From assembly GCA_028023455.1 (NCBI GenBank), contig JAQFVV010000009.1, positions 12,772,001-12,836,000 on the forward strand: a DNA stretch of 64,000 nucleotides, read 5' to 3'. The DNA comes from Epiperipatus broadwayi. Taxonomy: Eukaryota > Animalia > Onychophora. The translations under genes were made by a program, and so were the position numbers. The notes below the pieces were generated by a model, which had not been told where the DNA came from, made no database searches, and saw only the letters and a list, made by a program, of their open reading frames with translations. Positions 52,425 through 64,000 of this stretch are shown here, piece after piece. Positions within the stretch are counted from its first letter, which is position 1. Every line of letters starts with the position of its first letter.

Positions 52425-52680
52425 AAAGGCAACAATCAGTAGAAATTTCATATACTTATCTATGAGGTTCCTCCTGATTTCTCCACTTTTTCCTAAGAGC
52501 AAAGTTTATTAGTGGTTTCCATACATTATGTATAGTCACACTAGGTTGGCTTATAGGATTTTTTGCCATTGTCATGTGAGTAGCTTCTTTAAATTTTATT
52601 TGTATTATTTCTTCTCTGTCCAATATTTTTGTAGTTTCCCAATTGAACATATATTCATGGTATATACATGGTCTGCTAAT

Positions 52681-53187
52681 TTAGCACACATCTGTTTTCT
52701 CTCTTCTAATCATCAGTTTATTTTCTTGCAAGCACTTTTCAATGGAACGACTAGTCTCACCAATATATGTTTTTCCACATTTGCATGGTATTTCATAGAT
52801 GCAGTATTTTCTTTTCAGCATTTTGAGTTTAGGCTTTGGAGATGTTAATACTGATTGCAGATTTTCCTTAATTTGTCTGCTATTTTTGGAATGTATGGGT
52901 ACACTATAATACTGATAATTATTTTCTCTTGATGGCTCTTTTTGTTGTCTATTTAACATTTTCTTAATAACAGCTGATGGACAACCATTTTTTATAAGAG
53001 TTTGTTCTATATAAATCTTTTCTTTTTCCAAATCACTGGTTTCTGAATAAATTTCTTTTGCTGTTCCATAGTGACAATATAACTCTATGTTTTGTATTTC
53101 TGGTGTGATTGGATGTATAAAAATACAACCAGTCTGGGTGTACTTGGTAATCAGTCTATGGATTTCTCTTTTAGGCATTTCGCTCAT
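52681..53187 (-). pseudogene. PLE pol fragment with GIY-YIG endonuclease N-terminus
   Basis: CIYEIPCKCGKTYIGETSRS motif; frameshifts upstream and downstream. Confidence 0.85.
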
Positions 53188-54489
53188 AGATAATTCATAT
53201 AGTTATCCAATAAGGCTAGGGAAACGGGCTATTTAGCTAACATTAGCTAGTGAACAAAGCTTCCAGATAATCTGTTTGAGCAGATGAATGTTAATGTGTT
53301 GACTGTAAAAAGCAAAAAAACAAGATAGTCATCACCAATAGTGGAGATATCATATTCCTATAGATGTTGAAGTTATGATTATTTTTATCCTTGGAATAAA
53401 TGCTGAGAATGTGTTTGATTAAATAAGTAATGAATGTGATATATAGTTTAGCATAGTTGGTGAGCAATGACTTCAAGAGTTGAAGATCCTAGATTGAAAT
53501 TTAATTTGTCACTTCTAATAATTAAATATCATTTGTCACTCTACATGCCTAACCATTCTATTAAATATTTTACATTAGAAAGGGAAACAACAAAAAAATG
53601 AATTAAAAAGAAATAACAAAAATAGTATACCCATTAGAATCCAAAGACGAGTTAAGTGAAAAAATATGGCCAAAAAGATGAGCCTTTTCTTAGACATTGC
53701 AAAATGTCATCATTTTTAGAAAACTGTGAAAATGAGCTGGCCTCAAATCTAGAAGCACTTCATGCTATATTTCATTAGCTATCATCCTCGTTCACTATGT
53801 TCATTTGATTTATCCCAACTCCAAATAGAATGATAATGAAATGAGTTTGTTTTAATTTGACTCTAAAAATCCAAGCTGCCAAAAGCTGGGTCTATCCAAA
53901 AGAACTACTTCAAAGACAACTAAATATCTTGTGTTGAATAATGTTTTTACTAGTATTTACATTCATTATATTTTCTCATGACATTTCAAACATGTGTGTG
54001 CATATTTATAAATCTTCATTTCTTTATGCAATTTATCATTTTATAATTGTTAATTGTTTATATATAAATTTTCAAATTTACTAAGGGTGAAAGCACCTTC
54101 ACTTACTCATTAAAAAAGGAACAATATAATTAAAAATTATGTTAAAGTTAAATTATATGTTAGAAGTAGTTATATTTGTAACAATTATTTCCTCTTCCTT
54201 TTTAAAAACATGTAGAGCATTTTACAAACTTTGATAAAATTAAAAAAATGCAAATATTTTTATATTTGAAATAAAATCTTTTAAAATATAATTTGACATT
54301 TAACAAAACTTCAAGAGGATTATATTAAATAAATGCGATAATGATGCATATTTCTATAGCTAAATCAAATAAAATATTAATACAGACTGTACAACATTCT
54401 TCCAAAATCCTTTAACAGGTTTATGAAATTTATGGAGATAAACAAACTTACATGTAGTGACAAAACAAAATAAATGTTTGAAATATCAA

Positions 54490-55270
54490 ACAATATCTTA
54501 ATCTAATTTAATATAACTTATTAGTAAATATTTCTTAAAAACATTAATTTAATAAAAAATAAAATAAATTGAAATTCATTATTTATATTTACTTGATTAT
54601 GACAAAATTTTGTGTTTCTAAATGAAAAAATTGAATATAATAATAAAAAGGATTCCTTATCAAAATGATTAGTAAAAATGTTTAAAAAATATTCCTAAAG
54701 CACTTGTTTAATTACATATATTCTATGCTCTTAATAAATAAATTTGAATGTTACATAGTTTCTATTAGTTCTTAATATTGACTCATAGTAAATCAAAAGA
54801 CTTCGTGTATGTTAATGTATAAAAGAAAATAATTGATATAAAAGTGAGCAGAGTAACATCATGCTCTCAAACCAAAATGCTTCAGATTACCCTATAAAAT
54901 TAAGAATTTAGATTAAAGATAAGATGGCCGCTCTTGTCTTTATAAAGTCTTTACTTTGTGTTTGAATTTGAGAGTTTCCTCTATACTCAATATGACATTC
55001 TTGAGCTATTATATAAATTATTAAGGTACATTAATAAATAAATTTGAATGTTAAATTATTATTGTAGTAAATATTACTTTTAAAAAATTAATTTAATGAA
55101 AAAAAGCAAATTCAATGTCTATTTACATTTACTTGGTGATGAAGAAATTTTGCATTTCTAAATGAAAGAAATTCATCATATGAATAAAGATGGCATCTTA
55201 TAAAAGGGTCTGATGAAAATGCTTAAAAAATATTCCTATTATGTACTAATTGTTTAATGTATTATTACTA
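54490..55270 (+). repeat. Old degenerate tandem array (~240-300-bp units)
   Basis: 54560-54730 aligns with 55100-55270; taataaataaatttgaatgtta at 54732 and 55032. Confidence 0.55.
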
Positions 55271-55929
55271 TAGGGAATACTGCTTTAAATGATTTATGAG
55301 AAAATAAATTTAAATTCATAATCTACTTTTTTCCATGACATTAATTAACATTCATTACTTTTTTAAAAAAATAATTGCAAATTAGTTTGCAGTAAAATTT
55401 TCTCATCTGAAAGTTTATAAAACATATGACTAAAAATCAAGCAATGTATTGTAGTTTATATCATTTTAGCATCAATTTAAAGAAAAGATATATAAAAAAG
55501 TTAAATTATTTAAAAACAACATTTTATATAGGTTTGTGACAAAGTAAGAAAACACTGAGAATGAGATGATAGGTTACAGGTTTGTTCTATAAGTTATTTT
55601 ATTACCAGATTTTATATATATATTTAAAAACTAATAAATCTTAAAAAATTATTATTAAGTGTTGTTAACAATTCAACATTATTTTATTGATACAAAAATT
55701 ATATTTTATAGGATTGTTTAAATTTATTCAAAAGTAAAAAAATAGTTAAATTATTAATAAATCTTTTGAGCTTGAGTTACAATAATGAGGATGAAAGCAA
55801 TAACAAGCTTCTATTCATAATGATCATGGATACTGTTCTTAATTTTAGTGCTTTTTACCAAGACTTCTTATAAACAAAAATCTGTTTTTCTTCAAAAAAC
55901 ATAATATACTAGTTTAATTATATGCTGAA

Positions 55930-56110
55930 CAAGTAGTAAGTTCATTTATCCTATCATCATCAGCTTCTAAAGGCAATGCTTTGCTACTGTGCTACATCGT
56001 TCCATCTTCAGCAATTAGCTTCATATCCTTATGAAAAAAATATTCAACTTCACTAATCACATTTTTAAGATAGAATACTCATGGTCTGCCTCTCAATTTT
56101 CTTTCTATCA
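55930..56110 (-). mobile_element. RTE LINE 3'-end fragment
   Basis: 'RKLRGRP*VFYLKNVISEV...DMKLIAED' resembles the RTE terminal GRP...W motif region. Confidence 0.5.
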
Positions 56111-56674
56111 TATGATTATTTATTTAGACAACAATAAATTTTACACCTTATGACTGGCACATGAGTCAGATTACTGCTAGTCTTGATCAAAGAATTATAT
56201 AAAGTCAAAAACCTGTTAATTTTTATGATTATGCTGTAGCCACTAAATGGTATGGATATATTCTTGAAACAAAAAAAAAATCATTTTGGTATAACAATAA
56301 TATTTGACATACTAAATAACCAGCCTACAAATATGACATACTATTTAAAGACCACTATAATAAATTTGACTCTTTAAATAACATCACATTAAAAAATGAA
56401 TTGTAAAATTATATCTAATAAACAATTGGAAATGAATACTTCTTTTGTTAAATACTTCACTTATTAAATACAAATACATTTTTTTTGTTTGTCAAAAGGT
56501 TTCTAATGATGGTATTTTATTTGTAGCTATATATTGGACTACTTTCAACCATCTAATAGGACTGTTAAATGTTTTCAGAAAATTTCAAATTTTATGTATA
56601 TTTTCATAAATACATTCGATTATTAGTAATAACACAACATTTTGAATGCTATCATTTTCCTTTTTCAATTATTG

Positions 56675-57070
56675 ATGGCCTGACCATTGGGTTTTGGGAA
56701 TTGAACCAGTGATTCATGAGTACTGAATTTAAGATGATTTCTAAGCAACAGTTACTCTGTCAAAGTCAAAGGGAAGATTTATGATTGGTTTCCAAACATC
56801 ATAGTTTATCATATTACATTGTCATATAGAATTATTTGCCATTGACATGTGGGCAGCTTTTTAAAATTTTCTTCTTTTTATTTTTCCTTCTCTGTCCATT
56901 ATTCTTAAGTTTACTGAATCAGTTGGAAAAACAAAAGAATACTAAACAGAGAGAAAAAAATAATAGAAAGAAGACAATTTAAAGAAGCTGCTCACATATC
57001 AATGGCAATAGCTACTAATCTAGTATGCCAATCCATAATGTTTGGAAACAAATTATAAACCTTGTGCTTG
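56675..57070. mobile_element. PLE 3' fragment with inverted duplication (palindrome)
   Basis: 56785-56907 resembles 52500-52630 (GIY-YIG tail); 56935-57060 is its diverged reverse complement. Confidence 0.7.
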
Positions 57071-57658
57071 AAAATAAAAATTACAGAAATTAGGATGACC
57101 ATTATAGTCAAGTATATAAATTTTTTACTGACAGTTGCTTTTGATGAAATGATTTAAATGTTTAAAGAGCATTAACTTAAATTTATTATTCACAAAACTA
57201 AAAATTAGTGATTCAATTCCTATCTGAAGAAGAGAATAATATTACTAAAAGAATGTTTTATGCTAATGTATGTGTTATCATTAACAATTGGATTATGGAA
57301 ATAATCCAATAATTTAAAAACACATTTATTTACTGAAATACTTATTTCAATTCATTAATATCATACTTATTAAATACTATACTGGAACATAAGTAGAATT
57401 AGTATTGGATGAATCATACCAGTGCCATATATATATTCCCCCCCCCCCATATTTTAATGGCTAATAATTTTTTCAATGCCCATGGTTTTACACCGTAAAT
57501 GTTACAGTTGTCTCAAACTCACTAACAGATGTTAATTACAGCGTTAAGTGCACTTTTTTTTGTATACAATTGTATAATAAATATAATAAAGACTTTAATG
57601 ACAAATGCAATAGTTTTATATATTCTATTAAATTTATTGCATGGAAAAAATATAAACC

Positions 57659-57748
57659 AGTCAAGTCTTGGTGGCCTAGCGGTTAGCATAGATGTCTTCC
57701 AAGCAGCTAACCCGGATTCAATTCCCGGTCAACGCTTTGACATATAAA
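57659..57748 (+). mobile_element. tRNA-Gly-derived short SINE, copy 4 (anticodon TCC)
   Basis: AGTCAA-GTCTTGGTGGCCTAGCGGTTAGCATAGATGT-CTTCCAA-GCAGCTAACCCGGATTCAATTCCCGGTCAACGC-TTTGACAT-A tail; 14-bp TSD AAAAAATATAAACC (57645-57658, 57749-57762). Confidence 0.87.
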
Positions 57749-58716
57749 AAAAAATATAAACCTTCTGACAAAACGTAAAACCAAACTGAAAAATTTCATT
57801 TAAAAATGTTTTATAGTAAACATAAACATAATTTTCATGGAGGTAGATTTTATTTGCATTACAATCTCAAAAACATTGTAAAAAAAAAGCATTATTGATT
57901 ATTTTTATGAGAATAGAATACAATGGAAAGCTAAATTGAGTGAAATGTTCTAAGTTTTCCATAAAGAAAAGTTTGCTTCAGGAAAAGTTAAAGATAACAC
58001 CACAAAATGTCACATAAGTAGACTAAATAATATATGTAGACATCCTTGTGGTTCATCAATTGATATTTATATTCATTGTACAACTCACCTTTAACTCTTT
58101 ACTTTTAATTTTTTTGGAACCCCCCCCCCCCCAACATATTTATTTATTAATTGGCCACTAATACATATATATTAATAATTTCAATGTTAATTTGAGGAAG
58201 AAAGAACATTTTATTAAAAAAAAAAATAGTATATTTAAATTGCTTAAATATTAATTATATGTTTTGAATTTTTTTTATAGATTTAAAAAAATGTATTCTG
58301 TAGATTTTGTAAATATTGTTGACTATTTAAAATACTTTATTTTTTATTAGTGTGGTTGCATTTAATTTAATGTAATAATTTCTTAAATTTTTTATTGTCC
58401 ATATGTTCATGAGTTTATCACATGATATTTTATTTTTTAGAACATTATATTGAATGGTAACATGTACATTATATTATTTTATAAAATGAATGGTTAAAAA
58501 TAATATTTATTTATACTGATATTATATTGTTATTTTCTATATTTGTAATAAATACAGTTTTTAATAATTATAAACATAATTTATAAAATGCAGAAATTTA
58601 TCTTCATTGAATAATTTTCACTCTATTGTAAAACCATTTATTTACTGCAAGCTTGAATAATCAAATGGACACAGAATAATGCTACAAAATCCCTACTTTC
58701 AGGCAGATTTCTGGAA

Positions 58717-58815
58717 TTTATCTTCTTCAGTGAAGACTAGGATTCAAAGCCTTAACTAATAAACTCGATGATTTAATTCTAGGTTAGAATCCTAGTTTTT
58801 ACTGATAAAGATAAA
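58717..58815. repeat. 99-bp hairpin / mini-MITE with 29-bp inverted repeats
   Basis: tttatcttcttcagtgaagactaggattc versus the reverse complement of gaatcctagtttttactgataaagataaa (25/29). Confidence 0.6.
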
Positions 58816-59413
58816 AGTCAGAAGCTTATAGTATCTGACATCCATTGATTATTCAAGTTTCTAGTTTATAGCTTTAGGATAGGTAAAAAAATTACTGCTC
58901 TTGGAAATGAAAGAGGAACAAAAGATGTTATGATGGGCATATTGTGCAGTGTTTCCATTTATTACAAATGCAAATAATCACATGATTCTCTCTATGTTTA
59001 ACTTTTACATTAGGAACAACCATCTACTCTATCATTAATGCTAAATGACTTTAGAGTATAGTAGTATTCTAAATATAAATATGTTTCCCAAAAGTACAAT
59101 GTATTTACAATGAACAACTTAGAATAATTTATATTAAATAAAGTATATTTCTTTTTTTAAAAAAATTAAGTATGTTTGGTACATTACTATTTATTTATGT
59201 AAGGTTAGTAAATGTATATAACCACATTCATATAAAATATAATTATCATATCCTAATATGATTAAGATTGCCCTAAATTACTGTATATAATAAATCCTGA
59301 ATTCTACATTAACCACAAATAATCTTCCAAAAATAAGTTCTATTATATAGTAAAACTTAATATGTGATAATTATAATCTTACCTTAAATTTGATTTAAAG
59401 TTCTTATACATAC

Positions 59414-61147
59414 TATAACGGGATTTGCGGTTTTCCATATATATCTTACGCACATATATATAATCTTGAAAGATTGCGTGTATGTGTATATATTGATACA
59501 CGTATATGCGTAATTGTTTAAAAAAAATATTTATTCTTAAATTATTCCATTTTATTGCCCAGCATATTTATGAGCATCAATTTATGACCTCAAGCGCCAA
59601 TCCTATATTTCTATGAGAATTATGCTGGGATAGCTGGAATACCAATATGGAAATGCCCCTGGACTAGCTCTGCTCAGGGCTGGTGGTAAAATTTACTGGC
59701 AGTAGATCTAACCCTCTCTATTTCTTTCTACTAAAAAAAAACTCATAACATAAAAACAAAACCATTCATTTTATACACATTTATTAGCAATGATATTTAC
59801 ATATCTATAAAAAAAAAACATATATTATTTACGTAAGTTGAATTAGTGTCTCTTTTCACTTTTAAATCAAAGATTCATATCAGTTTCTTTTTTTTTGTTT
59901 GCTCTTTTCTCTCTTTATCAAAACCCATACACACACAAATATGCTACAACATGTATGTTGCGATGAAGATTTAATTATGGATGAATTAATATGTGAATAA
60001 AGACAATAAAAAATAATTTGAACTCTCTGTGCAAAAGAAAATAAATTTTAAGTTCACAATTGTGTCAAAGAACAGTTTTCTGAATTATGTGGAGTATGCT
60101 CACTAAGAGTTACATATATACAAATAGAGGGAAAAAAGTATATGTGTTTCCCCGGGGAATTGATCAAATTCACCTTGTGAAAAAGAAATCTCCGGTCCTT
60201 TGTTGGTGAATGGACTTTTTTGAAGTCCGGATTCCATGGCTGAATTCTATTTATTTATTTATTTTACATCTTATGACGATCCAACATTGTTACTTATTGA
60301 GGCAATTTTCCAGGCTTGACGTCCCTTCTCCGATACTGGCAACTGCTATACATTCAGGGGAAGGATTCGAACACCTCGCACATTGAAGCTTCTACCCCAG
60401 CCTGACCATATTTTATCTATATATAATCTGATTTCTGGATTGTTTTTTCTGTATATCAGTCTAACGTCTGCTTTCTTCCACTCTCAAACTTATAATAATC
60501 CTTAATTCCTTTTTTTTTTAATTATCAAATTTATCTTTCTTCTCATTCATTTTCAATTATATTTCCAATCACATTCCATATGCCTTTGTTGGAATGCACC
60601 ACAAAAGCTTTTTACACCTATTTCTTTCCAATTAATATTTAATTAGAATTAGACATTCCAAGATTTTTATAATAATTACTTCCATTGTTCTGCAAAATCA
60701 CTGTCTTCCATCTTGACATTTATAGTTCTTTTGTTGACTTAATATGTATATATTTAAAAAGTTTATCAAACAAAATGTTTTTTTTATTATTTATTTTGTG
60801 AATTTTCATTTTTAATGGTTCAAAAACACACTCACACACATACATAGCGATGTGTATAGCTGGGTTTGGCAAAAGAAAGAGAAAAAAAATCAAAGCAAGT
60901 GTATAACCCCCCATACCTCTTTTATGAGTTCTTTTTAATTAAAATAACTAAATCAATTCAATACAACCACGCAAATGACCATTGATTGTACATCAACTTG
61001 TAAATATTAGTTTTGTTAGTAAAGTAATATATATTTTTAATAATACGTTAGCAATAAGATATATATTTTTTTAATAATGCGTTAAGTATACGAATACGTA
61101 TTTGTCTAATTATCGCAACAGGGTTTGATTATACCTGCCCTGTTGCA
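59414..61147 (-). mobile_element. Putative 3' LTR (~1.73 kb) of the Gypsy element
   Basis: Minus strand starts TGCAACAGGG right after the polypurine tract GGGAGGGGGG (61151-61160) and ends CCCGTTATA (imperfect terminal inverted repeat); CpG-rich like the internal region. The 5' LTR is outside the window, so the boundary is unconfirmed. Confidence 0.55.
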
Positions 61148-61538
61148 ATACCCCCCTCCCAGAAGCCTTCAAATATGGTCTATGGATTTGAATGGCGCCT
61201 AAATTTCGTGAACCATTCGTAATGGCATGAGCTTGAGGGAACGAGCATTGTACAATCCCCTTACTCCTGCCCAGTATTTACCCAGAATGCATTATCCCCT
61301 TGACACTTAACAATAGGGAAAGATTCCTCATATAAACTGCAAAATTTCTTACAGATAAATTTCCCATGTTCGCTCACATGTGGGGTTTTCACCATCATCA
61401 TTAAACCGATGAGGCCTTTCTAGTGTATGTTTGTTTCTTTCCTGACTCCTCTTCAAGGGTGTATGATATGCCTGCTCTTGGTCCTCCTCCACATTTATTG
61501 GCATTTCCTTTGGCCCTGGTATTTTGGCCTTGATTAAT

Positions 61539-62081
61539 TTAGGGGCATGTTTGCCAAACTGGAGCAGCACAGGAGAACTCTGTGGACTCGTTAACTGCCC
61601 AATTTATGTAGTTCAGTATTTCTGGAATCTTTTTAACCCATCCTCGGTGATTAGTTGGGATGTAAGTCCTAAACAACCTACCCAACTGACACATCACCCG
61701 CTCACATGGGTTCGATTGCGGATTCCTAATTGATGTCAGTATGTGTTGAAGCCCTGACTTCTGAACCCATGCTTGCCATTCTCCAGAGATAAATGGTGTG
61801 CTATGATCCGAGAGGATGCTTTGAGGTTTTCCTATCACCGTAAAATATTCCTTTTCAAGGAGACATATGGTGTTTCGGGTATTTGCTTGAGTCATGGGAT
61901 ATGCAGCCACAAATTTACTGAATAGATCATACACCACCAACAAATATTTTTTTCTACTAAAGGCCGGCAATGGTCCATAATAATCTATTGCAATCATCTC
62001 ACGTGGCTTCTTTGGGATTATGGAGCTCATTGCCCCTGCATAATTCCTATTAGCAGGCTTGCTTTTTTTGACAAAGTTCAC
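61539..62081 (-). pseudogene. Gypsy integrase core (rve) fragment
   Basis: D(IDYYG)-D(SDH)-E(CER) catalytic triad. Confidence 0.9.
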
Positions 62082-62235
62082 ATTGGCTGATCATCCTCAC
62101 AACAGTCTTATGCATGCCTCGCCGATAAAACCACTGTCTAAGGCACTTTTCAGTTTTCCACACCCCATAGTGTCCATATATTTGGTGGAAATGAGTCACC
62201 ACGGCATTCCGCATTTGCTGGAATATTACAGGTCT

Positions 62236-62955
62236 TCAACTTTCCGGTCCCCTTTTCGTTCTGTATTGGAGAACAGCTTGGTCAAGTTTGTATCGGTTGA
62301 TCCAACATCTGGACTCATCATTGTTTTCTCTTGTGTTCCTTTCCAGTTGTGTGATTATTTGACCCAACTGGGCATCCTTCCTCTGATGCTGGGCCAATCT
62401 CTTAAGATCATTCTCTACCCCTTCATTAACCCTTAAGTTTATTCCTACCACATATAAATTTTCAGCTTTAAGATGACATGATGGCAAACACACTGGGTTA
62501 TGGCTAAGAGCATCAGCTACAATGTTATCTGACCCCTTACAGTGCTTTACCACATAATTATACTCTTGGAGGTATAGGCTCCACTGCACCAACCGACTAT
62601 TTGTCAGATAACTGTGGTTAATAAATTCTAAACTCTTATGATCCATAACCACAATTATTTTTGATCCCAACAACAATGTGCGGGGTTTTTGGAATGACCA
62701 AACAATGGCTAAAGCTTCCTTTTCTGTGGCAGTGTAATGACGCTCAGGACCCTTGAGCAGCCTAATTAAGAAATACAGCACTTTCACTTGACCATCCTCT
62801 TGAATCTGTGATACTGTTGCTCCCAGCCCATACCTGCTGCTGTCAGTCTGCACCACAAAGGGTTTCTCAAAATCAGGAAAAACCAGCATTACATGTTTCA
62901 TGAACTCTTGCTTCACCTTCTCAATGCCTGGCTTTGCTTTTCGCCCCACTCCCAC
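62236..62955 (-). pseudogene. Gypsy RNase H domain fragment
   Basis: D-E-D RNase H motifs as listed in the ORF translation. Confidence 0.9.
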
Positions 62956-64000
62956 ACTACATCTAATCTAACTAGTGGTTCCATATGTTGAGCAAACTGC
63001 TCCTGAAAACAGGTTGTAGAAGTTACACATACCCAATAAGGATCGTATCTGCTTCTTGGACCTAGGTGCTGGGAAACCTTCAATGGCTGAGATTTTATCT
63101 GGATGTGGCGGGACACCCTGCGATCCTATAGGTGGCCCAAGAATGTAACTTCCTCTTGAAAGAGAACACTTTTCTTCAGGTTTACCTTGATCCCTTTATT
63201 CCAACATTCCCTTAAAAACATTTCCACATCTTTGGTATGTACTTCCACAATATCCGATGCCACCAATACATCATCCACATACATTGTAACTATTTCCTTG
63301 ACCTCATCAGATAATACCCGGTCTAAACATCGCAGTAAACTGGCCCCACTGTTAATCAGGCCGAATGGCATACTGTTAAGCTGATATGAGCAGCCATCAT
63401 ACCTAAAGGCAGTTCACTTACGATCTTTTGGGTGCAGTCTTATCTGCCAATAGCTTGCTGTCAGATCAAATGTTGAAAAAATTTTTTTTCCTTTAGATCT
63501 CCCAAGCAATTCTTGCATGGGTGGTGGTATGTTACAATCTGGGACTGTGACTTTATTCAATTGCCTCGCATAGAGTCATAACCGAACGGAATTATCCTTT
63601 TTCTTGATGACAACTATCGGGTTACAATAAGCTGAGGAGTTTTTTGATATAATACCATATTCCAACATTTGATCTATCTGCTCCTTCACCTGCTCCCTAT
63701 ATTGATGAGAAATTGGGTATGATTTTGCCTTAAATGGTTGTTTCATTTACCTGAATCCTTTGTTCAAACCCTGGGATCATGCCTGGCCTGTCTGAAAATA
63801 CCTGATTGTATTCCTTCAAGATCTTTCTTAGTATTTCCTCCCCCCCCAGCAATCTTTGCCTGGTCTATTTTTTCTGTTATCAAGTCATCATTGTGTTTAT
63901 CAGCAACTTGCACAGCTCCTATTGGACAATCTGTGCTATCCATTATAAATTTAACCACCTCTCCATTACACGTGTCTTGTCTACGTTCGTAGTTCAACTT

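Larger units (their letters stand above)
52200..53400 (-). mobile_element. Penelope-like element (PLE), 5'-truncated: RT C-terminus, GIY-YIG endonuclease and 3' pLTR
   Basis: ORF 52681-53187 (thumb region, then YCIYEIPCKCGKTYIGETSRSI), ORF 52456-52650 (FNWETTKILDRE..KEATHM..WKPLI), RT remnants 53190-53350. Confidence 0.88.
61148..64000 (-). mobile_element. Ty3/Gypsy LTR retrotransposon pol (RT-RNase H-integrase), frameshifted, continues beyond the window
   Basis: RT 63126-63371 (MPFGLIN, YVDD, VNLKKS); RNase H 62236-62955 (TDSSRYGLGA, TEKEALAIVW, NIVADALS); integrase 61539-62081 (IAIDYYGP, SDHSTPF, PQSNPCER); domain order RT-RH-IN; PPT at 61151-61160. Confidence 0.95.

Overview
Very AT-rich, CpG-depleted eukaryotic (invertebrate-like; taxon not provable from the sequence) intergenic or intronic window with no confidently identifiable host gene. 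It is mostly transposon debris: two Ty3/Gypsy elements (an old one at ~1.9-5.7 kb; a younger one with a ~1.7-kb LTR and RT-RNaseH-integrase at 59.4-64 kb), an RTE-X-like LINE with an SGNH-esterase ORF1 (5' half at 5.9-8.6 kb; two head-to-tail 3' copies at 44.3-48.1 kb), several decayed RTE LINEs, Penelope-like elements (PLEs; GIY-YIG, hammerhead), a hAT MITE with a perfect 8-bp TSD, and four ~90-nt tRNA-Gly-derived SINEs. The most striking signal is a set of non-coding retro-elements that insert as inverted-plus-tandem (palindromic) arrays, mostly flanked by 10-14-bp TSDs. One family has a ~471-bp monomer with a minimal type I hammerhead ribozyme and a Pol III B-box (retrozyme-like). A second has a 335-bp monomer with a fixed terminus and no recognisable ribozyme. 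The best-preserved PLE carries a tRNA-like A/B-box module fused upstream of its hammerhead. All alignments and translations outside the supplied ORF track were done by eye, and family names are tentative.
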